DNA of 64,000 nt. Source: Nemertoderma westbladi. Lineage: Eukaryota; Animalia; Xenacoelomorpha. The notes under the pieces were generated by a model that was not told the DNA's origin, did no database searches, and worked only from the letters and a program-made list of their open reading frames with translations. The first letter of the stretch is position 1. Each line of letters begins with the position of its first letter. The DNA lies in assembly GCA_032718475.1 (NCBI GenBank), contig JAUCBJ010004176.1:1-64000 (forward strand), written 5' to 3'. Below, piece after piece: positions 37,612 to 50,740 of the stretch. Made by a program: the position numbers and the translations under genes.

Positions 37612-38599
37612 AAGGCTCAGTTAAACATCATTTATTTATCAATAAATTTGTAGAATTTCGTAAACCATCTAACTGCAAACCGGATAGGGATGCTTCAGAC
37701 ATGATTTAATAATTCGTACCAAAGTTAGTGTGGATCATTATTATGAAATACTAATGAGAATTCAAAATAATTTTATTGATTAGATGCAAAAATGAAACTT
37801 ACAATATGTATTTGGATACCTGTGTTTTGTCGGTCGTTTAGTCTCTTTTTGATATGAAACCACGACACCGCTATAACCTGATCCCTTTCCCAAACTACAT
37901 ACTTTAATTCAGATACAGGGCATTTTCTATAACAACACTTTGGCCTACCGTCAAATAAAAGGGCAGTAAAGTGGCTAGTAACGGTAACCATCTCCAACAA
38001 AGTGCTTCGTACGCGGCCACTGATTAATAGTCAAAACAAAGGTTAGTAATATCGGGTAATAATAACACTAAAAATTAGTGCCGTAGAGTCCCAGCAAATA
38101 CCGACATGTTAAACCCAGTGACCCACTTAGCTATGGAACGATACCGCCCAGCTCATTTCGATAAATTATGGTTTTCTTACTTAATTTTCCCTCAGCCATT
38201 CTATCGGTGCGGTGCAGTGAAAATTTCCACCACCTTAAAAATCCACGTCCCGTTTAAAATTCCAGTGTATTTTCACAGATTAGAATTAACTAGGGTATTT
38301 TCACCCCCTGGTTAGAATTCACTACTCTAAGTGATGTTTTAGTGAAATTTAACCCCCCCTCAGTGTATGTTAACCCCCATGATATTTTAAATTTCAATAT
38401 TAATTTAAATACGACAAGCAGGCCTCATACTGTATCATATCTTTCATATCACCCAGGTATCGCCGCATAGGCCTACACATCACCTAATGCAGTTGTAGGC
38501 TATCATTAACGGTTAAATGTACAGGCTGAGATGGCGAGCACAACGAGGCTTGTAAATGATACGAGTTAAATACAATAATAACACACTCCGCTAAACTCA

Positions 38600-40060
38600 T
38601 CTTCATTTTCTTTGTTGTGTATTTATCGTAACGGACGTAATTTGTGTAGAATTATGTGTAGGCGAGGAAATTCATACAATGACAATTACCGGTCCTGTGG
38701 TGTTTTTAGGCATTATTGAGGACTGTTGAATATAAATTAAGTGAATCAGAACATAAATAACAATAATTAATGGCAAGAATTTGGGACAAAAATTTTAAGT
38801 ATTGCAACAATTTTAGTTTCCCGAGACAGGTTGATTTTCAGAAAACAACTTTAAGTTTTCTGTGATATGATAAACCCTTAACATTGTATACTTTCATTTT
38901 TGTACTCCCGTTGGACCTGCTTTCCACCATATAAATGTTACCAATAGCAATAAATGTAATATATTAGGCTCATCATTAAAAACAAAAACCATGCTAAAAT
39001 TGGAAGTAATTCATAATATAGGTACCAGTGTGGTTGGTTATAAGAGCAGTAACCTTTTAATGGGGAGAATGGATAAATATAATAACAAATTACTGACAGA
39101 AAAACTAATGGAGATACAGTGAAGGAGTCTTGGTGACTTCAAATATAGGGTATCATGTTCTACTATGCGGTTGTAATAGACCAAGTCAAAAATTACGTCC
39201 GTTACGGAAAAAGGGAAAATTTTGAAAATATTAGAGGAAGGGGTGATGTATTCGACTCATTGCTTTTCAGTGCAAAGCAGACTTATTTATTTATTGTCTA
39301 GTAACTTGACAGAAAAAACTATCATCATTGCAGTAAGTCGTTGCTGGGTATTTGTCGTAACGAACGTAAATGGTTAGCTATAGTGCAGTAACCATCTCCT
39401 AACTGATAGTAAAGCTGCCTTTATTGCCTTATCCCAAAAATTCGCTCTTCTGCACCTCTAGACTTCTTTTTATCCAAAATACAACTTAAATATTCAGTGT
39501 GACTTAAGTAATGGATTTGCGCACTTGTTTAGTTGAAAACATCAATTTACACGTAATTGAAAGTAACACCATGTAACATAATTGCACAGTTACCTCCGTT
39601 ACAGGAGATGGTTACGTCCGTTACGAAAATCAATTGCAAACTGCATGAAAACCAGTGGGCAGTAGCCCTAAATTGTTTTATTGATGTGTTCGGCATCTAT
39701 TCTGCCATCATTACTAAGAACAAGAAGGGTTTGTCAGAACATTGCTTCAATTCGCACGAATATTGAGGAGAACATGGCTACCTCAGAAATCGCATTTTGT
39801 GCGATTACGTCCGTTACAGGTGTATTAGCTTGCCCTATAAGCACATGCAATTATTTAATAATAATCTGTGGTATTTACGTTATAGTACTCAGTGGTCCAG
39901 CAAAACCACACAAAATATTTATAAAAAATACTCAGTGCTATTCGCAGTGGAGGCCTTTAAACTCTGTTATAGTTACGTCCGTTACTGTGGAATTGCCTAA
40001 TTGTCATTTCTTCACAAATAAATTGCCCTTTACTCTAATTCTTCCATAATGAACACTTGT
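38600..40060. mobile_element. Probable decayed DNA transposon
   Basis: Motif TTACGTCCGTTAC recurs in both orientations (about 38628, 39193, 39612, 39806, 39973); no intact ORF. Confidence 0.4.
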
Positions 40061-40616
40061 CACGTAGCTCAACATATTTGAGTGGGATGATTGTGGGAAT
40101 TTGGTGACAATTATTAGACGATGTGGCCATCGTTTTTGGACGAATGCGCTTTAATGCTATTGTAACAAATATGAAACGATGGAATTTTAATTTAATACGA
40201 GATAAAAATTATCTACGCCTTTATTGTTTATGTAAAACATGGCGATAGGGCTTATTTCGAATGAAGGCACCTCTCTCTGTAAGAAATAAATGTATTATCT
40301 TATTGGTGGGTCAATTTATCAAACCTAATGCTTGTAATACAATCGACTGTAAGAGGAAGGCACTGAAAGTAAATTACTGCAGTTTATCTGCACTAAATTC
40401 ATTACCTCGGATCGTAAAAACAACACGACCCATCAGTCAGCCAACATACCAACACCCAACCTACAATCTCCCCACCACTCGACAACAATTACTAGAAGAA
40501 ATGCTTCACAGTTGTTGTTCACCTGTCTTCTAGACTCAATAAGTACCGATGTAATTCTCCAGTCTTGTATCAAATGATAACCTATTCTACGGTAATCAGT
40601 GATGTAACGTAATGCT

Positions 40617-42557
40617 TTATGTTTCCGCTCGCGATTTCTTCTTCTTCGGCGATACTGGAACCGCCACGATTTCCTCGATTAAACTATCATCCTGTTTATC
40701 TTTCTTCTTCTTCTTCTTCTTGGAAGCGCTCCGGGACTCTTCCGGACAGATAACGCGACACGGAGACGTCGGAATACCTTCCACAACATCAGCCGTTGTA
40801 TCGCCGTTCAAGGATATATCTTTATCTTTCTTCTTCTTCTTCTTTTTGGATGATAGCGACACAGCCGATGTTTCTAAACTATCAATAGTGACGTCAGCCT
40901 CAGAAACAGTGACGTCACCTACATTATCCTTCTTTACTTTCTTTTTCTTCGATGACTTCGGTTCCTCAACTACCGTCTTTTCGGTAACGACCTCAAAGTC
41001 TTGACTCTCGTCAACCTTCTCACGCTTTACTTTCTTCTTTTTCTTAGAAGTTTCCGACTCGTCAAGAGGTTCCCCTACATCGACCTCGGGTTCAACCACA
41101 TCAGCCGGAATCTCTTCAATTAATCGTTTATGTTTCTTCTTCTTCGTCGGAGGTTCCGAAGTTTCAACGTGGCCGATATTCCGCTTCACTCCACCCGACG
41201 TCCCCCCTTCTCCCTCATCCGCCCCCCTTTCCCCCGCGGAGGGGGCCACGGAGTCTCCACTCGCGTCGTACACCTTCCCGGGCCCGATCTTCGCCACGAA
41301 CTTATCGTGCTGCCCCTTGACCTTGGCCAACCCGCTCACTCTGTGCGTCCGCCCCTCAACCAACTCCCGTATGCGCTGCTCCAACCGAGCGCGATGCTCC
41401 ACCCCCATCATGGAGTTACTATCGTCGGAGAGCGCGTCGTACCGCACCGCCAATGCCGTCTTGGTGGCCATCATCCGGGAGACCTTCCCCTTGTGGTTGG
41501 CCGCTGTCTGACTGACCATGGACGCGTGGTAGATCAACCCGTACTTGGGCGTCGCGTGGTGCGTCTTGAGGGCGCGGAACAGCGCCTTCTCCGAGCCCAT
41601 TATCTGCACGGTGGAGGCGGGACACTTCGCGAGGTTGGTGAGCGAGCCCGCGTGGGCGATCAACCGCGCGCCCACCAACTCGCCCGCCATTATCGACAGG
41701 TTGGGGGCGACGGTCATCATCCTCGAACTTATGTAATCGTGGAGCTGCACGCGGTAGGCCGTCATATCGATGACCTGCTGACACATGTAGGATATATTGG
41801 CGATGTCTTCGGGGGCGATCTCCGAACCCATGGAGACTTCGGCCGCCTCTTTAATCTGCTCCTCGACGTCGCTAGGCAATATATCGGAGAAGTCCAACCC
41901 CGCGGCGTTCTCTTTCATTCCCATTAGACGGATTGTTTTCGCGTAGATCAGTTGATCGCTTATGATCTTTCCCATCTCCGGGAAGTGCCATCCGTACCAC
42001 TCCCGACAGCGCATCGCGTAGTTGTTGAGTTCTTTGTCGAGATCGTCCAGCAGTTTTATACCTTGTATGATCATGGTGTCTATCTTGTCGGCGCTGAACT
42101 TCAGCTTATAACGGGACAGCCCGTGGGCCAACCCCAAGGCCATCGCCGCCATCTCCTTGTGTGGGTAATCGGCGATCAAGGAGTCCATCTGGGAGCGGAT
42201 GCATCGCATCAGTTCCTGGACGCCGGTGTTGTAAACGCAGTTTAAATCGAATTTCTCGCGGATTAGGTTGCCGAGTTTGGCGTCGGCCACCGCTAGTTTC
42301 TCATGCGGATCCTTCGCCACCAACCGTTTTACGAGTTTCTTTAAGGATTTACTTAATTTGCTCTCGACGGCGGCAGTAGCCGCAGCCAACGCCTCCGTTG
42401 TGTCTTTAAACTTCTCGAAACATTTGAGTTTGACGACTTTGCTCGCAGTCTCTACCGATTCGAACTGTTCATAGAGATTATCCACAGCATCGATCTTGGA
42501 GTCGTCGATGAGTTTAAATATAGCGTAGCCGCCTGAGGTTTCGAACAAGACCAACAT
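40617..42557 (-). CDS. NOP58: Nucleolar protein 58 (box C/D snoRNP), single-exon CDS
   Basis: MLVLFETSGGYAIFK start, DLDKELNNYAMRCREWYGWHFPE, GSEKALFRALKT...TPKYGLIYHAS, Lys-rich tail. Confidence 0.97.
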   Translation of the reverse strand: MLVLFETSGGYAIFKLIDDSKIDAVDNLYEQFESVETASKVVKLKCFEKFKDTTEALAAATAAVESKLSKSLKKLVKRLVAKDPHEKLAVADAKLGNLIREKFDLNCVYNTGVQELMRCIRSQMDSLIADYPHKEMAAMALGLAHGLSRYKLKFSADKIDTMIIQGIKLLDDLDKELNNYAMRCREWYGWHFPEMGKIISDQLIYAKTIRLMGMKENAAGLDFSDILPSDVEEQIKEAAEVSMGSEIAPEDIANISYMCQQVIDMTAYRVQLHDYISSRMMTVAPNLSIMAGELVGARLIAHAGSLTNLAKCPASTVQIMGSEKALFRALKTHHATPKYGLIYHASMVSQTAANHKGKVSRMMATKTALAVRYDALSDDSNSMMGVEHRARLEQRIRELVEGRTHRVSGLAKVKGQHDKFVAKIGPGKVYDASGDSVAPSAGERGADEGEGGTSGGVKRNIGHVETSEPPTKKKKHKRLIEEIPADVVEPEVDVGEPLDESETSKKKKKVKREKVDESQDFEVVTEKTVVEEPKSSKKKKVKKDNVGDVTVSEADVTIDSLETSAVSLSSKKKKKKKDKDISLNGDTTADVVEGIPTSPCRVICPEESRSASKKKKKKKDKQDDSLIEEIVAVPVSPKKKKSRAET

Positions 42558-43200
42558 GATTGCACAAAAGTAATCGTAAATAATAAACTATAGAAAATCA
42601 CAATAAGGTTCCCCTTTGATACAATAAAAATCCGAAATAATACGGAATGGAGAGTTATATTATATTATTTAAATTTCCAGCATATTCATTCACTTCATTC
42701 ACCTTAAGTTTACTATGTATGTCCAGAATGGGACCACATCATAAAGTGGAGAGAATTAGGGACATAAAAATGTGAATTAAATGTTTCATTCCTTACCAAA
42801 CAGCTTACATAACAACAAGGAAGCCCATATTTGACAGACTCACACTTCTAGATAGTTAACTATACCAAATTATTATTTAAATATTTTCATTTGGCTGGTA
42901 CAATATAGGCGGATAGTGTTTGTATTAGCAGACCGCCTAGAGAGCCTGAGCATAGCTCAATAAGCTGAATTTTACATTAATTGTAATTCAATATATATAC
43001 GGATACAAAACTTACTTAGGTCTATATAATCTTATCCGACTGGATATAGATAGAATAAAGGAAATTTTGAGATTATCTGGTGTAATTGAAGTTGCAGATT
43101 ATTTTATTGTATCAGTTAGGGGACATAAATGTGAAGTAGAGATTTACGAATGTTTTAGTTTCAGAATCGATTGATGATCAAATAAAATAAAACAGTTTAT

Positions 43201-44147
43201 TCAGGAATCTTGCATAAATGGATTGGGAATGGATTCCATACCATCCTGGGGACAAATTAAAACAACACTGATTCCACGACACACCAGTAAACCGAGAGAT
43301 CGGGTGTCTTCCGTTAGATTATCGTCAGCGTCTCGCAAATACTCGCAACAATTATCCAACACTAGGTTCTGCAACGGATCGAATCCCTTTAGAATTCCGC
43401 TAACTTCGCGACCTCCGGCAAATTTAACACGGATGTTTTTATCGAGGAACTTCGATATCTCAAGGAGTACGCTTTCTTTTTTTCTTTTTTCCTAGAAAAT
43501 AAAGAAAAATATAAGTAAAAAACAATAAACGAAGATTATTGTTAAAATCAGTTGCGTTTTACTGGGATAGGCTCCTGGGATATACTGCAATAACCCCCAA
43601 TAACGCAATCGTGGAAGGGGTACGTTTACATTCGTGTCGAAACGAAAACTGTCGAAAACCCACGACCTCCTTAGAGATGTGAATTCAATACTACAACACC
43701 AAGACGGCAATATGGGACATTGGGACTGACTGACTGAATGAAGCACTGAACAAACGCAGGAACGGAACGGTCTGACGGTAGGTACCGCGTACCGGTACCC
43801 GTACGGCATCTTCAGATCTTCTTATTATTATTTCTGGAGGATCGTGGTGCGTGGAACCGTCTGACCGTGGATCTGATCCCATTCGGTTACTGCTACTGTT
43901 ACTGACAGACTTGTACTGCGTGCTGTGGTAGTCTAGCCAGACTGCCAGAAACCCTGACACCACACTACCGACAGACCGGGCAGCCGGAAGCAAGACATCA
44001 GGGTGCCCGGCCAGGCCCAATCAGCCTGTCAGAGTCAGCCACTATACAGCCTATACTATCGACTTCGACTATAGCTACCGGTATAGGCAGATAAGGTAAT
44101 ATGATGACTGACTGATAATGATTCGAACTTACCACAGGTGCGGCCAT
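43201..44147 (-). CDS. LSM7: U6 snRNA-associated Sm-like protein LSm7; exons 44147-44133 and 43491-43201
   Basis: MAAPV|EKRKKESVLLEISKFLDKNIRVKFAGGREVSGILKGFDPLQNLVLD...TRSLGLLVCRGISVVLICPQDGMESIPNPF; GTAAGT donor and ttctag acceptor. Not in the ORF track. Confidence 0.93.
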
Positions 44148-46089
44148 TAGTTAGAATACTTGTCCGACTGTCCGATTCGCAGTTGTCTTACATTCAACAT
44201 ATTACCGGTCTACCGGTATTGTGTAGGCCTATTGTCAGATTGTACAATTGTGCCGGTAACCTATTATAAGACACTTGCAGACGAGACATACAGCAGACAG
44301 GCAGAGCACAGGCTGACAGGAGTATTACCGGCAATTCTGAAATTGTACGGTAGTAATTATCACCTACCGGCACCGGCTGACCGTGACCGGTACTACTGTC
44401 AGACTGTAGTACCTCACCTAGCAGCCTAGGTATCACCTAACTGCAGAGTGCCAGAGCAGCAGAGTCTGAGAGTGCAGTGGTGCAGACTCAGATGTCAGAC
44501 TGTGACTGCAGTACTGTCTACTTGCCACGTTGCCAGGGTGGAGGGTGGAGGGAGCTGAGTTCGGCTGGTTTCTGCGCCAGGCAAATATCAGAATATATAC
44601 GCCGGGCAGCCGCTGGCCGCAGCCGGGTCAATTTCTGCAGCGACGACGCCGGGCAGCCGGGCATATTTTGTATTTCAGTATTTTGACGTCTGCAGCGCCG
44701 AGCTGCCGACGCGGCATCTCTATCATTACCGGCCACATCTTTGCGCCGAACATTGAACATTACAGCATTAACATTCAGGCTCATTGCAGCATTGCCCAGC
44801 ACCTTTGGCCCTGCTGGCTGCTGCTACCCTGTCACTGTGGCCAGATTAGCAGATAGCACAGTAGCAAGCATATCTGCATACACAGACTGACAGATAGGCC
44901 TACAGGCATACTGCTACTGCTGTACTGCAACTGCCAGACTGCATATTCCTGTATTCCCTGTTGTTTGGATAGGTCTGTAGCTAGGCCCAAGCTGCCACTG
45001 TGCCATGCATGCCCATCGCCATCCTGCGCCTGCCATCACCTTATCTGCCTGTCACCTCACAGCCTCACCATCACATCAGGACCAGCCACCTACCCCTTCG
45101 CCTTCCCCTGGCAATGATAGGCCTGACTGCCTGACATGCAACTCCAACCCACCTATTGCTGTATTGCCTACTGCAGTACTGACTTAGGCGTTAAAGCGTT
45201 ACCGCTTACTAGTACTGCTGTACTGTTCCGTAAAAATCCGTACATCTGAAACTCACCAGTCAGGCCAGCAGTCAAGTCACGTGCTGATTGATGACAGGAT
45301 GAGTGATGAGATGACACTCTGCAGCTCTGATCCAGACAGGCTGACAAGTCAGCTATTTTCCTCAATCCTCACATACAGATACAGTACAACACATTTCTGC
45401 ATTTAGTGTTGAAATAAAAAACTTAATTTAAAATTAAAAAAAAGTAAAAGTACGAAACTAGTATAACTAGAATAACACTGATTGGGCTGCAATGATAAAA
45501 ATATATTAAAAAAAAATAACAACTTTTGGTTAACTGCTGCAACACAATCATTAGCTGTTTAGTCTTTTGGTTACACAGTATTGCACGGGGTTGGGGTTCA
45601 GTTAGAGGCAGGCCCAGGTTCGATTCAATGCTGGGGAAATGTTATGTTAGATTGAAAGGGATACACTGGACTTGAGAGAAACGAAATTGTGACTACTATG
45701 GAGAATAGGGAAGCCTGTAAGAATCTCATTTCAATTGTCCGAGCTCGCTCGACCTAGTACATAGTTAGGTGTCACGCTCAATCCCTTAGAATTAAATCTG
45801 TAACACTCGTGAGACCCGAATCTAATAAATTCCACAAAATTTATTAAATTAGATAGCCTCGTGGCTCAGGTTACAGTACATGTCAGTTTTAACCAGGGTT
45901 CGGGCCCAGTAGAGGTAGTGTATATTCCATATGTAAAATCTGGAAATCTGATAGGTGTCACAAATATGTAGGAGTTGAAAAATATTTAAGCATGTTGTTG
46001 TACAGTATTTAATTAGTAGGGCCTACTTACTGTATTACTATTGGCTTGCTGCATTGAAGCTTATTATATGTATTACATATACTGTATAT

Positions 46090-46230
46090 TATGTAAGAAT
46101 GCTGTGCCGGGTTGTCGACAACATTGCGCCGCCACAGCTCTCTATGACCCATGACATTTGTTAGATCATCCGCATCGTCAAGGTCAGTGTTCTTTAAGAA
46201 GCGTATCAAGAAAATCATGGGCTGTCCAGC
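46090..46230 (-). mobile_element. Short 3' remnant of an RTE-like LINE
   Basis: ...LKNTDLDDADDLTNVMGHRELWRRNV resembles RTE C-termini. Confidence 0.5.
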
Positions 46231-47726
46231 ACCATGTTTACTGTTTAAATGTATTCACTCCATGAGGCCGTCAAAGCACAAGATTATGCTGCATATATCC
46301 TGCAAAGCGGAGGTGGTTCCGCCCAATAAAATTATAACTTATTGTTTGGTCATTCAGGTACTCACTGTTTGAATTCTTAATCAATCACTAATGCTATTCT
46401 GATTTTATAACTTTGACTGCAAATCCTAGCTGCAGTAATTGTAAATTATGACAATATTGTAAATACACGTAAATTGTACAAGTAAATTGCACAAAATGTG
46501 AAAGTAACGGAAAACTGTCTATAAAGTTTGATTTTTGGAACCATCTGTAGAACCACTTGTCTCGTACTTCACTTACATCAGCCGTAACTACAGTAAAGTC
46601 GTGGGTCCAGGATACACCCATCGATCCGAAGAATGATAATTGGCAACCTCAATATCGACAAAGGAAACAATTCAGCACGTTAAGGTAATAGCAGTACCAT
46701 GGATAATTACCTACAGTTTATGTCAGTAATGTTGGAAGAAAGGTTCGGGAACAACAGAAACGTGAACTGAATATTATCTGGCCACTTCCGCCGAATGCGA
46801 ATAATAATGATGTTGATACGGAAAATGGCTTTCTATCAAGAGAGTGTGAGCTTGTAAACGGTCAACCCAGTCGACAAAATTATCTACAGTAGCTTAGAGT
46901 GTCGAAAACCACAAACCATCTACAGTATGTCTATTGTTAAACTCAATTCATATAATGCCAAGGCAACAACTCCTAGTTACGCAATTGTAGTGAGTGATCA
47001 CCCCATGTGGTATTGTCAATCACGACCTTACCAAAATCCAGGCTAAACAGCAATATGCACCGGTTAGCAAACTGCTACTCTTATGGCGGACCAACTCATA
47101 ACCCTGATGTTTCAGCACAAGACTCTTCCCCGGTTTTCCGCCCCGGCATCATTCAGCAGGGAACCATATATTCTTCTCCCACCAACCCAACTTTAAGACA
47201 GTGCTCACTAATCCGTCGACTATAATGCCACTAATTAAATACCAAACTAATTTAATGCCACTCATTAAATCCTATTACTGTATTTTCGCAAATCAGTCAT
47301 TTGTGCGGATATTATTTCATTCATTTTGAATTTGAATATACAGTAGGTTGGCACACATGTTTATGGGTAGGATAATATTTGTATTAATGACTTTAATAAA
47401 CTCCTTGCGTGTTAGTCGTATCGTAATTCTTCCAAACAATCCCTTTTCTGCTGCATTATCTACAATTGGTATGATTAATAGTTCGTTTATTCAGACTAAT
47501 AATTGTACGTCATGATCACAAAGGTAAATTAGAAATGTGACTATTTGTCTCACACTGTTTACAATAATTGCATTAATTATCGTCGGCCAAAGCGAACGTC
47601 ATTTGTTTATTTTATTTTATTGTATCAAATTCATTTTCTAATCCTTTTCATTTTCTGACAGATATAATCAGACAGAAATCATCCCATTGCTCGTTATCTT
47701 GTCTTGGTTTCTCCAATGGGAAGCAT

Positions 47727-47845
47727 GACAATTCGGTCCCGGACAATGCGGTCCCGGACAATGCGGTCCCATTTATTTAGGGTTTTGGGACCAAACTGTC
47801 CGGGGCCGAATTATCCGGACCGAATTGTCCGGGACCGAATTGTTC
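47727..47845. mobile_element. Small MITE built from inverted ~15-bp subterminal repeats
   Basis: (GACAATKCGGTCCCG)x3 followed by inverted (GGACCGAATTGTCC)-like copies. Confidence 0.7.
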
Positions 47846-48116
47846 TATTATGTTGTAAGATGAGAGATTAGAAAATGTATTTATTTACTTTTAATTTACA
47901 TTTAAATAAATCTATTCAAATAAACTGGAGATATTATAAGTAATAGTCCAAATAATAAATAATTATAATATAAAGTATAAAAATAGGTTTTGGCTGGAGG
48001 TGATAGATGTTGCTGATTTATGTAGCACATAAATAATATTACAGAATCACTTGCCATCGATACGCGAAACTGCTAGCGATTTATTTTTAACATTAATTTT
48101 AGTACCAAACATACGA

Positions 48117-48800
48117 TTAGTCCCTTCGCAATGACTCCAACCGGGCCTGTAAGTCTGCATCTACATCCGCGCTAGCCGCACCACCACCCTCCGCTTCCGC
48201 CTGTCTCGGTTTATTCTTAGCTTTCTCTGCCTCACGGACACTGGGCGGAAGAATTCCCATATCCTCCGTCATCTCCAACCCGAGCTCGTCGAGAACTTGA
48301 GCAACTATTTTATCAGACTCCTCTTCGTCCGCATCATCTTCCATAGCGTCGTCTATAGCATCTTCCATCATCTCCCCTTTCATATCCATAATCTCTGATT
48401 GTTTCTCGAATTCCATCATAATCTTCTGTATTTCCGGGAGGTTCATTACTTTATTCATTCGTTGCATCGCCTTGGTTACTCCCTTCATCGCATTGGCCAT
48501 CGAATTCTGACTTCTTAACGTTTGTATTTTTAAAGAAACCGCTTGAATATTCGCGCGCATCAACATGAACTTCTTAACATACCGTCGCGTACGAACTAAA
48601 TCCTTTGCCATTATCTTTACCGCGTCGTACTGTCCTTGGTTCGCCATTTTCTTTATATCCGCTATAGTTTTCTTCTCTTGTTGTTCCATTTTAGCCCGCT
48701 CTCTATCCAAATCTCGCATCGCCCGGTTCAACGCTCGCTGATTCTGCCGAAGCATCTCCTCTGGGGTTTTCTTCTTACCGAATAAAAATTCTAGAGGCAT
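48117..48800 (-). CDS. CHMP2A: Charged multivesicular body protein 2A (Vps2, ESCRT-III), single-exon CDS
   Basis: LFGKKKTPEEMLRQNQRALNRAMRDLDRER...DADLQARLESLRRD. Confidence 0.97.
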   Translation of the reverse strand: MPLEFLFGKKKTPEEMLRQNQRALNRAMRDLDRERAKMEQQEKKTIADIKKMANQGQYDAVKIMAKDLVRTRRYVKKFMLMRANIQAVSLKIQTLRSQNSMANAMKGVTKAMQRMNKVMNLPEIQKIMMEFEKQSEIMDMKGEMMEDAIDDAMEDDADEEESDKIVAQVLDELGLEMTEDMGILPPSVREAEKAKNKPRQAEAEGGGAASADVDADLQARLESLRRD

Positions 48801-50264
48801 CGTGGAAAATTCCTTAGTTCAAATCGCAGAATTGCTATAGTGCTGTAGTGTGCTGGTGTGGTGGTTTTGCTATTGGTCTCTAACGTTATAGCAGTACTGC
48901 AGTATAGCTGTATAGAGTCGGGATGACAGGATGACGGCAGGGCAGGACGGGTTACTAGTTGGGCTACCGTGGACCGACCCCGAACAGCAACAGGTGGAGT
49001 TGGCAGTTAGTGATCTGGTGGTAAGGTGATGGACCACTGCAGCACTGCTACCTGGCCACGGCTTTTCTGAAACTCGAGATAGGCCAGTAGGCCTGCGGCA
49101 GTACTGCAGTACAGCGGTACGGTGCGTAAAAATGAATGCAAAATAATACCTGTATCTAAAATCAAAGATAATGTTTGTAGATTCTGGATACTGGTATATG
49201 GGATAGGATGCGAGTCGAGTGCTGATAATTCCAGAATTCAGTAATTCATTTCACAGTCCAGCAGTGTTCCAGTGCAGGAGCTGAGCAGTGTTTACTAGTT
49301 AGTACTGTAGTAGTGTAGTACCGGTACACGGTATTACAGTATTACTGCAGTTGCAGTACTGTATTACAGTAGTAGTAATGAAGTAATCAGTAATGGACAA
49401 TTAATAGTCAGCGTATAACTGTATAAATAAAGATGACTATGCTACAACGTATCAATGGTGGCAGCTATAGAGATGCATGTTAAAGGCTTTAAGAATAAAT
49501 TGTGTGGAAAACTTTTATGTATCAGCACATACAGTACAGAATACGAAGGTCATTTATTTCTATCATTAAGTGAAAAATAAGCCGAGAGGATCCAAAACAT
49601 TATATATTATATTAATTCGTATGTGTAAGGTACAGTTACTTTAAATATTTTACCCGCATTAAAGTATTTATCGTCATTACAAACCCCACGGCCCACCTGA
49701 TAATTCGCGGCCCGAGAATGCAATCTCGGCCGGAGAAAGAATTTATCAATAAGACTTATATATATAATAATTACATAAGTCATACGTTACATACCCACAT
49801 TTACAGATGAAAATGGACGTCTTTATTATCGTTTAACAGCGATTTCGAATGACGACATCTGTAGACATAGCCATAAAGATGTAGGAGAGGTATATATAAA
49901 TGGGGCATTGGAAGCGCCAAATATTCGCATTCCTCGTTGGCGCCTGCGTGAACATTCGTGAACTGTTACAGGGGACCTTGATTGTCATAATGAACTTCAT
50001 TCATTCGCATTGCATTTTATTTCTAATGCCTAGAATCAAAAGACCATTAAACGAACTTCGCGGTCAACTGAATGAACACCCTATGTCGTCCATCATAATA
50101 TGTCGCCAAGGCAACTTTGGTCACAAAGTCAGCACTGTGGATTCAGTTAGAATTTCACAATGTTTCTTTCTTCTCAGTATGTATTATAAACACACAGGTA
50201 ACATAATGGTGGGGCCACAAGTCTGAACAAATATTGCCTTCTCTACGCGAGATCTATTCTAGAA

Positions 50265-50740
50265 TCCTGTAAAGGATGGTTGGTTGATAATATGCTATCC
50301 ATTAATTACGGTAAGACTGAAAGTATTTTATTTGGTTCCAAAAGAAAGTTAAAGAAGGGAAAAAAGTTTGAAGTCAACACTCAATAGTAATGGACATAAG
50401 ATTGAAAATAAAAAGGAAATTAAATATTTAGGTGTCACATTGGATAACTGCTTATCTGGAGAAAGCACAGTGAAAAATATTTTTTCGAAAGTTAACTGTA
50501 AGCTTAGGTTTCTATACAGAAATAAAAATAGTTTAAACACCGACTCCCGCAAGTTACTTTGCTCTTCTTTAATACAGTGTCACATGGACTATGCATGCTC
50601 TTCTTGGAATTAAAGCTTAACCAAACAGCTTAAATGTACATTACAAGTTGCTAAGAATAAAGTAGTACGATTTATTAAAGACTATAAACCTAGGCACCAC
50701 TTAACTCCAGATGACTTTCTGAATCTAGACTATTGTACTT
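50265..50740 (+). mobile_element. CR1/L2-like LINE RT C-terminal fragment, disrupted
   Basis: LSINYGKTESILFG...IKYLGVTLD...LIQCHMDYACSSW, with a frameshift and a stop. Confidence 0.8.

Noticed and set aside
37020-37624. ORFs of 197 and 178 aa with 14-aa repeats
   Set aside because: Products of a 42-bp unit that happens to lack stops in those frames.
40612-42474. Several + strand ORFs overlapping NOP58
   Set aside because: Antisense shadows of GC-rich coding sequence with no recognisable motifs.
42590-43015. Box C/D snoRNA upstream of NOP58
   Set aside because: An ATGATG-like box is present on the minus strand but no suitably placed CTGA or terminal stem was found.
44160-45365. Short ORFs in a GC-richer segment
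   Set aside because: No recognisable protein; more likely promoter or UTR sequence upstream of LSM7.
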